Of a stretch of 64,000 nucleotides of DNA, positions 11,680-24,016 are shown one piece after another. Made by a program: the position numbers and the translations under genes. The stretch is from Psammoneis japonica (Eukaryota), in the NCBI GenBank assembly GCA_008632985.1, contig QPGO01000026.1, forward strand, positions 124,001-188,000, read 5' to 3'. The notes below the pieces were generated by a model. The model searched no databases, had not been told where the DNA came from, and worked only from the letters and a program-made list of their open reading frames with translations. The number at the start of each line of letters is the position of its first letter. Position 1 is the stretch's first letter.

Positions 11680-12560
11680 ATGATCACTCCGCAAGCAAGC
11701 TCCCGTTACGTGCTACTACGTTATTCTATTGGTAGGTCTGTGCATCTCTATTGTCGTGTTCCCGGCTGTCGACCCACCAATTCCAAGCCATGACGCCCCC
11801 AAAGAAAAGACCGCCGATGAAAAAAACCTCTATTTATTCTCCATACTGGACCCACTAGAACCGGTACAATGATGATTCAAGAATTCGCAAATCTGTACCG
11901 GACGATGCTCTGAGGGGACAATGTCTCCTACCTCGGCAACTCTCACTCGGAAGGAGGTTATTGCACGCACACCTTGGTCAGGTACTGTCGCAACGGAGGC
12001 CAGGAAGAATGCAAGGCTGCTTGGAAAGAATTTGGAGTGCTGCTTGATTGCCATAACGGGCAAAATCATACTGTCTTTGTCTCGGAGAAAAACTTTTCAT
12101 CGTTTAACAGCAACACGGAAGACACCCGTCTATTCAATTACTTGATTCCTCTCCTTGAAAGGTGCAGGGTACAGATCATCTTCACCTTCAGGCGGCACTA
12201 CAAAACCTTGTCGAGTCGGTATTACCAAGTCAATAATTCCGGAAATAAATCGGAGTACAAGACGTGGCCGAGCGAGGGCGGTAAGGTGATTCCACCCTTT
12301 TCACATCTCGTAGAAAATGGGAGGAACAACGCCCTTTCTATGAATCCTTTGCGATTCACACAAGTTGGCAGGAGCGATTCCCCTGCAATAATTTGCGTCT
12401 GCATTCCATAAAGGTCGAGTCGGTGTTGGCGCCCAGTGCTAATTCGAAGTACATTCTTGAGTCTGGAATTCACGGGCATACAAACGCCGGGAAATTGGCG
12501 TCTGTTGATACCGACGCCATAATATATTGCAACACACAAATTCTAGCTGCACGGATCCCC
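11680..12560 (+). pseudogene. Disrupted membrane-anchored sulfotransferase-like (P-loop) gene
   Basis: Hydrophobic anchor YYVILLVGLCISIVVF; frameshift in the A-run near 11820; FILHTGPTRTGTMMIQ resembles the 5'-PSB loop HxGPxKTGT; in-frame TGA near 11911; IIFTFRR...SRYYQ resembles the 3'-PB motif. Confidence 0.5.
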
Positions 12561-12569
12561 ATCGTTTTG

Positions 12570-15053
12570 CTAGTATGACACGGGAAACGTTCCACCAGGC
12601 GGCACTCCCTTTGGCACAGTTACAATCATGTTTTGATGAGTCACCGGATTCTGTACCTGTATCTTCATTCCGGGATAGGCATTTTGTGGAAGTCGAACGT
12701 AAAAAGATGCTTGAGGTGGATTTACCACCGAAGCCTGAACGGGTTGATAAGGTTTGGTGAATGTATAACGAGGCGGCTGCTGAACGGTCGCTGCTGGGTT
12801 GTATGGCGTTGCTCCGGAGGAAGGCGCCGGAGGTGCCGACGGCTGTGGTGGTGGAATCAGTGGCATGTCCGCATACATGCCAAGATTGCCATATTTTGTT
12901 TCATCGTAAATTCCGTCCGTCTCATTGGCCAGGTACATGGAACCTCCATTGCCAACATCCACGGCCAAATCGATATCTTCTTCTGGATTATAGTCGTCTG
13001 GCACCAAACTCATCTTGCTCCCGCTCAGCGCAGGTAGAGGCATGATACCTTTCGAGTAAAAGTAGTCGACGACTTGATCCGGAATCTCATCAAGCGTTGC
13101 TTGTGTTAGAGCAATCTTGTTGTGCTGGTAACGACGAAACTCAACGAATTGACAAATATCCCGAGATCCATCCTGGTTGGCAAAGTCATCGAGGAAACGC
13201 ATACTTGTAAAGTCGGCATTCCCAATACCGACAATAATGATAGACAGTGGGGCTGTGCTGGCGGCTCGAATGGCATTCTTTGTGGCATTCACGTCTGTCA
13301 CAGCGCCATCGGTCAGGATAAGTAAAACGCAATACGCTTGCTGACCGATCCGTTGTGCTTCCTGTTGTTTGGTACGTGCCTGAGACGCAGCCGCTTCAAT
13401 AACTTCTGTAAAGACGGTAGGGCCACTCATTGTGATTGGCGATTTGAAGACTCCTCGATACGCCTCCAAAGCGGCACCCAAACCGCTCGCTTCTTCGTAC
13501 GGGCCCACTTGAAACAAGTGACGAATCATTCCCGAATACTTGGCTCCAAAGCCATAGATTGGGAATTTTTGATCCGAATCGTAGCGCCCCACAATCTCTC
13601 CCACGGCCGTCAAGGCCTTTTCGTAATCGTTCAATTGACCATTGCTGTGAATGTAATGCAGCGTCCCCGGTATTCGTGGATCACCATTGGAACCCGTAAA
13701 ATCGATTGCCACACACATTTGCAATTCACAACCACCCGAAATGTAATCTACAAAATTTGGCTTATTTCCATAATGTGATGGAGCACCACCTACAACAGTT
13801 CCATAAAGAGAAGGGCTGGGTTGCGGGAACTTTGGTAATTGTGTTTCTTGCCTTGATGGTTTTTTTGGGTCGACGTAGGGAGGAGGCATGTTGGCAGCAC
13901 TCGGCAACGTCGTCGGTAAGTTGTAACCAAGAGGCGTGGCATCTGTCGCCGATTCGTGTGGAACTGGAAGTATGGAATCATCAAGTGCTAAACCAAAAGG
14001 AGATGATGAAGCTGCAAAGGCTGTGGAGGTTGCGTAGGAGACGCTGTTGGTATGAGAGGTCCCGAAACTAGCCTGCCCACCTTGATTCATACCACCACCA
14101 CCATCATGGATGGATGCATTTACTACTTCAATCGTTCCATACGACCGCCCTTTTCGTTTGAGCTCAAAGCTTTGTTTCGATGCAGCAGCCTGCAGGAGTC
14201 CATTGACGGACGTTTCAAAAAATCCCATGGGAGTGTGTTTACCACTCTTTTCCCAATCCAACACGGAAACCATGACGGGTTTTGACATGTCTCCTCCACA
14301 CAAACGATTCAGTGAAATGGTAACGGGAGGCCACGATGGATTCAGATTGTTTTTCATTTCCTTGGATCGGTATACAATCTCCCACGAATGACCACCAGGA
14401 CCCGTGATGCGACGGCTGATTTCCAAGAAGGGATCGGATTTACGAAACAAACCATCTACGTTTTTCAATTTGTTTCCCCTCAATGTCAATACAAGGTTCT
14501 TTTCGTCGCTACTTGTTTGTTCGCGTTGGATTCGTGCATAGAGCACTCCGCTCTTGTTGGAAAGTGTCTTGGCACGAATGTTGCCTCTTGTCCCCAACAC
14601 TTGACCAACTTCAAACATGGCCGATCCCATGGGTTTGTTACGACCCGTCTTTCGAACTTCATCGTAAATTCCAACATTGATGCGAGTGGGTTTCCCAAAT
14701 TCATAATCCAACACAAATGCTGTCGTCCAAGCGGGATTCAACGAATTTTTGATTCTAAAAAGTGTGTGTAGCAAAACAAAAAAATAGCAAAGCGTCGTGA
14801 GGCATGCATGTACGAGAATGTACAAAAAAATCACACAGTCACTATTTACTTACACTTCGGTTTTACCCAAAATAGTGGGTCTCTCCTGAGGGTCGGTAGC
14901 CAAGAGTGTCACGACACAGTAAGGATCGGATGTCCCTTTGAAGGCACCCGCAACGTTTTTCAGTCGTCTTGCATAGAGAGTTAATTGTACCTTTATGGTA
15001 CTAGTATGCTCTTGTTGTGACTTTTGTTGCTGTTGTTGATAACAATGAGCCAT
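12570..15053 (-). CDS. Copine (two C2 domains plus copine vWA domain); exons 15053-14854 and 14754-12570
   Basis: C2 motifs SDPYCVV...GKTEV/IKNSLNPAW and KSDPFLE...KNNLNPSW; vWA motifs VAIDFTGSNGDP, LLILTDG, PLSIIIVGIG, RDICQFV. GTAAGT...TTTTAG intron 14853-14755 joins in frame. Confidence 0.95.
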
Positions 15054-15551
15054 GATGCTGAATAACTTTTTGTAGGTGAATAAGTGGAAGCGAGGGCTAA
15101 TGATGCAGATGAGTTCTGGGTTCGCATCGTCGAATCATCATCGCTTGGCATCGCGTCGTTCGTGCATCGGGGGGGCGATTCCCGCTCTTTTTTCTGTAGT
15201 ATTTCGGTACATTTTGTGGTATGTAGAAGTATTACTGATTCCATTCGTAGACGGTCGCCTGACTGACACTGACTGTTGGTGGGCGGGAGTGGGATCGTAA
15301 CGGCCTTCGGATGATGACGTGTACAACGGATGTGACAGGCATCTTCGATTGATACGACTGCATGATCGACGATTTCAGCCAGTACAGTAGAGTATGTCAT
15401 AGTACCGGTAATATTTTTCTGCGCTCGCCATGACCGGCAGCCGCAGAGCACCGTTGTCGTCGTTGCTGCAATCGACACCGCTATAATAAAGCACTGTGCT
15501 TGTTATTCACTGAAAATATAATCTCGACAGAACCGTACACAACATTATATC

Positions 15552-17729
15552 ATGACGGAACGCAGCGGTAATAGCAGCTTCATGATGTCGTCCACCACCA
15601 GAACCGGCATTCCAGCCAATTCCACCAATTTGTTGTTATTGGAAGAAGCCGAAGAAGGTTTGGCACAATCTCTTCTGATTTTTTTGTATGCCGATTTGCG
15701 TTTATTGTCTGCCACGGGTCGCATTCACACCAAATTCGAAACGTTATGCATTGATTCCGACATGGAACCGAAAACGACCGCCGCCACGTTGGCTGCCACA
15801 CAAAAGGAACCCCTCGTGTTTGGTCTCCAAAATCAAGACGAGGGCATGTCTCCGGCACACATCATGGCGGCGCTAATGTTGGAAATCCGTCAAGAAATTG
15901 TCGATCACAAGGAAACACTCGGAAAAATGGAAGAAGGTCTCAAGGAAGATTTTATCTTTTTGCGCAATGCCGGTGATAAGAAAAAGATGGAATTTGAAGA
16001 AAACATGCACTCCTTGTTGCAGGCTTATAATGATATGATTAAAAAAGATCGAAACAAGGAATTCAAGGGTGTCCATAATGCGCATTTTAGAGGAGATGCT
16101 TCTTCTTCGTTGGTCAATAAGACGATTGAAATTCCCAATTCGATTGATGAAGATGAAGAATTTGCGGCTGCGGATGCTACCGATTCCGAAGTGCTGTCGC
16201 CGTCACGAGATCAAGAGGAGGAGCAACAACAACAACAACAACATGATGAGGATGATGATGACGATGATTCCATTTCGGTTCCATCACCACCACAACACCA
16301 TCACAATGAATCATCGACCGCGGAAGACGATAGTGATTTATGGGTCAGTGCCCGACGCCTCTTGTTGGAAAAACGAAAATCCTATGCCGAACGACGTAAG
16401 CAACGACAAGAAGCATTGCGTGCCATGGTACACAAGCAAAGCATGTTGCTCTTGCAGGGCGAAGAAGCCGTGGCACACGAGGAGTTTGAACAATTGGGTA
16501 ATTCTCTCTTTGCCGAAGACTACAATAGTGATGCACAAACGTTGGCACCCGATCAAGTCGTGGCACTCATGGAAAAGGCTGTACGGTCACGGGTGCACGG
16601 ACAATTGTCGTTTTTGGCCGACTTTTTCAAACCCGGGACCGTATCGTATGTCATGGCCAAATCCAAAGCACGCGTCGTTTGGCTCAATGATTGGTATCCC
16701 ATCAAGGATGTCATTTATGCATTGTCGGTCGATACGGAAAAGAAACGTGTCCTGGTTGTCTTTCGTGGTGCCATTACACAAGCCGATTGGCATCATGCGT
16801 TTGATCGAAAAACGATCAAAGTACCCAATCCCGTCATGGATGAGTATACGGGAAGAACCAATCACATGAGAGTCCATTGTGGTTTTTATCGTTATCTCTT
16901 TCGTCGTCGTAAAGACACGGGCGGGACTACCAAGTACGATGAAATTGCCAATGTCGTGCACGCGTACGGTATGCGCAAAATTGGTCCCGATTATACCGTG
17001 GCCATGACGGGATTTTCTCTCGGAGCGGCGCTGGCGACCTTTTTTGGTTTGTACGCGTCCACGGAAGAACGGTTTGTTCAAAACGGACCCGTCAAGCTCA
17101 TTTCGTTTGGGAGTCCCATGATTGGTGGACCGTCCTTTGCGGATGCCTTTCGGCATCAAGAAGAACAAGGGAAATTGCAATATGCGCGATTTTATAATGT
17201 ACGGGATTTAATTTCGCATTTGCCCTTCAACGTACGACCCGGGACGGTAAGAAAACAATGTGAAAATGTGTGTGTGTGTGTGTGTGTGTTTGTAGTGATT
17301 TGTGAACAACTCATTTGTCAATACTACCCTTTTTGTTCACATCTTGTTTCAAAGCGCGGAGCTCAGTATGTGCATGTCGGTCTCGCCATTAAGGTTCCAC
17401 GCAAATTTACCTTTTTCTCTCAGTACCAATCCTATTTGCCAAAGATTTATTACGTCCAAAAAGAGGGAGCCTTGGCCTCGTATTGGAGAGCGTGTCGCAA
17501 GAGCTTCATCTGGAATTCACCGTGGCCGTGGAAGATTTCTCGTGTGCATTCGTTGAACCGACATCAGCGGCGTTTGGAGCGTGCGCGGCTGGCGGCCGAG
17601 CGGGATGATGGCCATTTGGTCAACAAGACCTTGGATGAATTGTATGAGGAATTGGTGTACAAGCCGGCGCGAGCGAGAAACGAGAAGAAAACAGCAAACG
17701 AAAATGGAGAGAGGACGTCGAGTAACTAA
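15552..17729 (+). CDS. Class 3 lipase family protein; probable intron 17247-17354
   Basis: VVFRG, VHCGFY, nucleophile elbow TGFSLGAA (GxSxG), SFGSPMIG, DLISHLP, YVHVG, late His (VHSL). GTAAGA...AAAG phase-0 intron contains a (TG)n run. Confidence 0.9.
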   Translation: MTERSGNSSFMMSSTTRTGIPANSTNLLLLEEAEEGLAQSLLIFLYADLRLLSATGRIHTKFETLCIDSDMEPKTTAATLAATQKEPLVFGLQNQDEGMSPAHIMAALMLEIRQEIVDHKETLGKMEEGLKEDFIFLRNAGDKKKMEFEENMHSLLQAYNDMIKKDRNKEFKGVHNAHFRGDASSSLVNKTIEIPNSIDEDEEFAAADATDSEVLSPSRDQEEEQQQQQQHDEDDDDDDSISVPSPPQHHHNESSTAEDDSDLWVSARRLLLEKRKSYAERRKQRQEALRAMVHKQSMLLLQGEEAVAHEEFEQLGNSLFAEDYNSDAQTLAPDQVVALMEKAVRSRVHGQLSFLADFFKPGTVSYVMAKSKARVVWLNDWYPIKDVIYALSVDTEKKRVLVVFRGAITQADWHHAFDRKTIKVPNPVMDEYTGRTNHMRVHCGFYRYLFRRRKDTGGTTKYDEIANVVHAYGMRKIGPDYTVAMTGFSLGAALATFFGLYASTEERFVQNGPVKLISFGSPMIGGPSFADAFRHQEEQGKLQYARFYNVRDLISHLPFNVRPGTVRKQCENVCVCVCVFVVICEQLICQYYPFCSHLVSKRGAQYVHVGLAIKVPRKFTFFSQYQSYLPKIYYVQKEGALASYWRACRKSFIWNSPWPWKISRVHSLNRHQRRLERARLAAERDDGHLVNKTLDELYEELVYKPARARNEKKTANENGERTSSN

Positions 17730-18460
17730 TGATTGGCTCTGATTCAGAAAGGTGAAGCGATGGGCTTCTAGCTTGAATCAAGAATAACGTTCTTGCAGTC
17801 TGCAGTGAACGTGTCTCGCCACTGCAGACAATGAAACGAACTCATCGCCGCGAATGCTCACAGTGTAGTAGACGAGCAGTGACAATGAAATAGTTTGCTC
17901 ATTTGTACGAAAACTAGCTAGCATCATACCAGTGAAACGACTACTGGTACTATGGGTTCTCAAATCGTTCGCTCTATAGTTAATGCCGGCTCAAATCATT
18001 GTGGGGTGGTAAACAACAAGGATTTTTAAATCCTAGCTCTAGAGATTTGAGGTCGAGGTTGGAGGGAGAAAATCGGCACTGTATCTACCGTACAGTTAGT
18101 CGTGTTATTCACTTGTATCCGCGAACAGTTGGTCCCGTCTGATTTTTTTTTGAAAGCACGACGAAGCACAGAAATCCAACAACACGAATCATCAAACATC
18201 ATCAGACCGATAGCGTTCTCATCTCGCGGAAAGCGTGCCATATTTGCTTTGGATCATCAGTCGCTGCTGCTTAGAAAGACGAGACGCTTCAAAAGCAATA
18301 ATCCACGAAACTCAGTAGCTGGAGTGTATTCTTGTGAAGGAAAATAATTTTGCAGTCGATTCTTCAACTCGAAAAACCGCGACTCAAGACACACCTTCTG
18401 CATACCGGTACGGAACAAGGCGTCATCACACCACCAAAAATACGCAATAGTAGATTCAAG

Positions 18461-20809
18461 ATGGGAATCGTTTCTCGTTGCATCGATACGTCTTCCATTG
18501 TGGTGCTGCTGTGTATGCTAGCAAAGTCGAATGCACAGTGCGATTTGGATTGCAATCCTGACGGAGACGCAACCTTGAAAGACGACAACGGCAGTCTCTT
18601 GTGTGTTCTGGGTGACGCGGACTTTTCGAATCACGTCCTTTCAAACGGACTTGTTCTTCCCTTTCACGTCTTGACGAAAAGTCCGGGGGGATACCACTGT
18701 ATCTGCGGCCCCAAACATACGGGATTGATGTGCGGGCGTAGTTTTGAGGAATGCAACGATGGGAGGAACAATAAGTGCTATCACAATGGAGAGTGTCGTG
18801 ACGATGCTGTGGATGCCTTTGGCAACCCCACACCAATCTGTGATTGCAGCGATGCCGTGACTAAGGCACCGGATAATGTGAGGCATGTCGGACAGTTTTG
18901 CGAACATCCCGTCGAGAAGTGCACCGAGAAGGAACCTCTCGGCAACTTGTATTGCCTGAATGATGGGGCCTGCAAGGTTGATGCGTAAGTAGTGAATCAT
19001 CTTACCGTGGGTTTATACTATGACTAATTGACGATACTCGGCCTCTCTCACACATCATGCCTTCATATTCCTCTCGTTACAATTCTGTTTGCGTAGTGAA
19101 AAGTACGCTGCTGCACCTTGCGAATGCCGAGAGGGTTTCTTTGGACCTCATTGCGAGTTTACCGACGAAGCGCTTTTGTATAGTTATACTCTTGAATGTC
19201 AAAATGGCGGAACGGGTATGCGTGGCTTGAATGACTTTTCTCGAGCACTTTTCATGTTTGGCAAATCTGGTTTTGACGAACAAGATTATCAGTATTGTGA
19301 GTGCCCCGATAATCATGAAGGAAGATTTTGCGAAATATATCTCAATGACAACGGAGGCGAATTGTGCGGCAATGCACCATGTCAGCATGGTGGCGAGTGT
19401 GTCAAAATTGTTAACGACGAGTCCGGAACGACCGAGAGACGCTGCGACTGCTCGGCTGCAAACAACAACAACCTTTTATATGGTGGAAGATACTGTCAAC
19501 ACGCGTCCACGTCCTTTTGCTCTCTTAATAAAGACCAAAACGGGAACTCATTTTGCGTCAACGATGGAGTGTGTAGAAAAGGTGAATCGTATGTATCATA
19601 GAATGAACACACCGAAAGGCATTGTGGATAACATTCTGGACCGATTCTTACCATTTGCTGCTTGCTTGTAGGCATTTGGGTTGCGACTGCCCAGCTGGTT
19701 TTTCGGGGCCAATATGTGACATTGTTTTGGATGGCACAGAGGCAACGTTGAAGGAGGTTGAAGAAGAAGCCAAGTGCGAGCTTGATTGTGGCGACGGTAA
19801 TTGCCGCAAGGGCATCAGGGACTCTAGTCTCCTCTTAAGCTTTGGCGACGAACTTTCCTTTCTTGCTGATGATACCAACCCGAATTTTGAATATTGCGTG
19901 TGCCCTCCGGGCTTCATTGGGCCCAGGTGTGAAGTCAAGATTGAGATTTGTGGCACTGGAGAGCGTTTGTGCTTTCATGGATCCAAGTGTGTCGAATTCG
20001 AGGATAGCAAGGCCTGCGACTGTGACACAACGTTCAACTCTCTCACTCAGTTTGCCGGGGCATTCTGTCAGTTTGAGGCGACTTCATTTTGCACCGAGTC
20101 GGGGCAACCGGCTACCGGTGGTCAAGCCAGTAAAGCATTCTGTGTCAATGGCGGGGATTGCTTAGGCACAATCAGTGATGACGACAGGGACGCCACGTAA
20201 GTGAACAGACTTGTCAGCTCGGTGAGCATTCCACAATACTAACTATACTCAACGTTCTTTGTGTAAAATTCCAGGCACCCGGGTTGCGCTTGCGGAGAGG
20301 GTTTTGAGGGAGACCACTGCGAATATTTGATTGGATCCGAGTTCAACCCAAACAACTCGTCTGTCATAACTTCAAATGTTCCCTCGGGATCCCCGTCATT
20401 CTCCCCTAGTTCAAATGTTCCTTCGGGATCCCCGTCATTCTCCCCTAGCACAACTGTTCCCTCGGGATCCCCCACTATGTCATTCTCCCCTAGCACAAAT
20501 GTTCCCTCGGGATCCCCTACTGCCTCATTCTCTCCTAGCACAAATGTTCCCTCGGGATCTCCAACTGAGTCATTCTCCCCTGGTGCAATCATGTTGGATC
20601 CACCTGTCACGTCAGAACCAATGACCGCTTCAATTTTATCGGACTCGCCATCAGCAGCGCCGTCCAGCAGTGCTGCTCCTAGCGATGTCTTATCATCCGC
20701 TCTTCCGACCGACCTGCCGTCATCAGCTTTCAGCTTTGCGGTCAGCAGAAGCGTCGTTGCGATCTTTGTTAACGCCTTGTGGTCAGTTTGGTGCTGGAAC
20801 TCGTTTTGA
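18461..20809 (+). CDS. Secreted multi-EGF-repeat protein with Ser/Pro stalk and possible GPI signal; exons 18461-18984, 19097-19588, 19672-20196, 20275-20809 (691 aa)
   Basis: Signal peptide ending SNA-Q; many CxNxGxC / CxCxxGFxGxxC EGF motifs; three GT-AG introns (TACTAAC branch site in the third) whose phases sum to 2076 nt; PSGSPxFSPS repeats; hydrophobic C-terminus. Confidence 0.9.
20365..20582 (+). repeat. Coding tandem repeat (33-39 bp, about 5 copies) encoding NVPSGSP(T)xFSPS
   Basis: Repeated GTTCCCTCGGGATCCCC...TCATTCTCCCCTAG. Confidence 0.9.
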
Positions 20810-20929
20810 GATTAATGATGCGTGTCAGTAGGTGACTCCTCATCTTCTGCATTGCTAGCAGTAAATTAGAAATGCCTCGCTACCTGAGCAATGAATAGCA
20901 GAGTTGTCCGATAGCTTCTAGCTGTCGCC

Positions 20930-23900
20930 TAAGTTGGGGTTTCCAAAGGGGGGCTGCTTTTCAAATGACCTTCAACATCGGCACGCTCGCAGTGCTCGTT
21001 CTGCAGGAGGGTTCTGCTTTGTGTGACCATTTGCAATGGTTCCGCAAGAACTGACCCTCTCTGCAAGTCACATTCATATCTGAAGTGCGCCGCCAATGTT
21101 TTCTCTCACTGTGAAAGCACTCTGACGACCCGCCGACATCAACAACCACGCCTCATCAAATGATGACACCTGCATTAGACTGCTCCAGTGAGCAATGCAA
21201 TGCACCATCCAACAAAGTGTCACGTTGCTTTTGCATTGTCATTAGCTGCATAAAGTGGGATGCATTGCCTCAGCAAGACAAGCTGGTTGTGCCATGGTGA
21301 ACAAACAAGAAGCCCCATCATGAGCAATGAGATGACCATTGCAACAATTTTTAGGTGTTCTCTGTTCTGGATGTCACAATGTTGTCAGTTGTTACACCAA
21401 AGCTGTGTGTGTTGATGATCCATGGCAAAAACTGGCAGAGACGCATTGCTTCTTTCCAGATTGACATGCCATCTTGGGACTCCTCCATTTTTTCTCAACA
21501 AAAGTTTCCTGCAAAAAGAGAGATGTGTTGCACTCTAAAGACCTAACTCCCAACAGCAATTTTCCAATTTTCAACTCCACCAAGTGCGCTGATTCTTGCG
21601 CTGTGCATCAACATCCCTTTCATCACACACTGGAACAGAACTGCCTTTTTGGGATGATTGTTTGAGCACTTTGGTCTGCTTTCATTGTCCTGGTGACCAC
21701 AGCATGTGCATCTGTTGTCTGGGCTGTGTCCATCACAAACACAATTGCACCTGAGCAGCCCAACCACAGTTTCTCTCCTTGATCAGCACAAGAGCTGAGT
21801 TGGACAAAAGCCACAGGTTTTGCCACAGCAGAGCTTGAAATGACAAAGCAACACTCCCTCATGCTTGCTTGCATGGGTGTCATTGGCAAGCTCTGGTGTG
21901 TTGTTGGAGTGATTCATTTTGTGCAGAGAAAGGTGGACATGCCTTGCCGTTGACTGTTTGCATGGCAGCTGCCCTTGCACTGCATGTTTTTGGCTTTTTG
22001 GCAGGACAGCAGGACTCGCCAGCTGCACTTCTTGGACTCAAAATGAGACTGATGTCAAAAAGTCCACTCCTTCATGAACTCACACCAACATTTCTCTCCA
22101 TTTTAATCTCAAGACCTGGGCTTGCGGTGCTTTGGCGACCTGGATTCTGGTGTGAGAGACACAAATCAAGCATGAGCATCAGTGACAACAACACAACAAT
22201 TGCAAGACAGAATTGTTCAAAAACCCAGTGGGGCAGCCTCCAACAAATTGAGTGCACATGCAAGACAAAATGACAACATGAACCAAATTTTGTTGGAGGC
22301 AGGCACATCTGCATTGCAGTCACTTGCACCGCCAGAAGATGCCATTGCTGTTGTGATCGGAGAGTCATCAAGATTCCATTTTAGACAGAACCTGCAAGCT
22401 TTTCATCATGCTTTAGACAAGTGATGGAAAGCTTTAGGACAAATCCTTGCCTTTTGCCAGTGGAACATTCACTTGGTTTCACTTCTTGTTGCATGTTTTG
22501 GTTGTTGCCTTTCTGGGTGCCCTGTGTCTGCACTGGTGGGGTGCAACTGTCATCTAAGATTCTGTGATGCAGCTGGGTCAACGAGGACCAAGCCTGCTTC
22601 TGCCTTCCTGTTTGCCCCTTCCTGTGTGAAAGCAGTCCTCTTTGCATTTGGCACAATTTGGCTTCAACGGCAGCAAGTTGTCTCATGGAAGTTGGCCAGA
22701 GATTTGTTGGAAGGAGCAGCTGACGATGTCATTCCCCAACACTGATTTTGTGATGCACTCCCATGTGCAGCCATTGTCATTCATGTTTTTGTGCAAAACA
22801 CTCTTTTGGTGTGCACATTTGTCTGACCCTTGTCCACTTGACCATGCCTCATGTCATGGCCACTTGACCAAGAATGAGGGGCACATGCCCAATGTTTGTG
22901 CTCCCTTTTAATTGTGAGAGTCTGTGGTGTGGCATCAAGTGCCACCAGAAAGATGCCTCAAGAGGGGTCTGTCGCCACTTTTTAGATCATGATTTTCTGC
23001 CAAAAATCATTTTCCCCTTGCTTTTGTCACGACAACCATGACAACAGAAGATGACCCAGGTGAGCAAAAAGCAGCCCTTGGAGGTCACAAACTCTTGATT
23101 GATGTCAGTTCCTCACATGTCAGAGGACTCACATGCATCAAAAGTTTGTGACCTCCCTGTTGCATTTCTGAGAAAAACAGATTCAGGAACAAGCCTCAGC
23201 AGTTTCGATCAAATCATGGCCACAATTTAGATGCAAGAACTTTCAAACACATTGTCCATTTTATTGCACCTGTTGTCAACCATGTCAGCAGTCACTGTGT
23301 CATGGTGAGGTGTTTGAGACAAATCGCAAGCCTTCATCATGGTCGAGTTGACGGGGTGCCTGATTTTTTTGAGTTCTTGACGCGTGGTGCGTCACAAAGA
23401 TGTGCAAGCTGTTTTGGAACAACAAGCTATTTTGGAACAACAAAAGCAGGGGGTGACCCCAAATCAAGACTCAGACATGGTGCTGTGGGATGGGATCCAC
23501 CCCAGCTCAATTCAATTCAATCCTGTGTTTGCAGGATCCACCCCAGCAATGATCCTTTCTGACAAGAGAATGTGGGGTTTTTGTTGTGATCGCAGTGGGA
23601 TTGAATGGGTGGTCATGTGCGATTGGAAAAAGTGTTGGGGGAGGGAAGAAAGTTGCCTGGGGTGGGCTGTGTCATTGATTGACAGCTGTTGAAGCTTGAA
23701 AGGTTGGCGAAATCAAGGTGTTCAAGGGCGGAGAGAAAGGGAGTTGGGTCAAAGGAGGAGTTGTGTGCGGAGAAGGACAACAATGATGAAAATGGTGAAA
23801 ACCGAGGCAACGCGAAGGATGTGCCGCATGAAAAATGGCCAGTGTAGCGGCGGAGGGTCAGGAGGCCATTTCGGGAGGTGCAGCGAAGTGCTGCCGATGC

Positions 23901-24000
23901 TTTGAACTTCGAAAGCACCATCTGGCCAGCGAAGCGTGCAATTTTAGACTGAACTGGTGCATGCTAAATTTTTCTACGTCTGCTCTCGCACCGCACGGAG
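20930..24000. other. TpA-depleted degenerate repeat/TE debris, unclassified
   Basis: TA dinucleotides drop sharply after the EGF gene; no recognisable domain; includes a mutated paralogue (22377-22600) of 29480-29701. Confidence 0.55.
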
Positions 24001-24016
24001 TCGCGGCCATGGCGCT

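Noticed and set aside
14755..14853. N-terminal hydrophobic extension of the 754-aa copine ORF (MIFLYILVHAC...)
   Set aside because: It is intron sequence read through; splicing to the upstream exon completes the first C2 domain.
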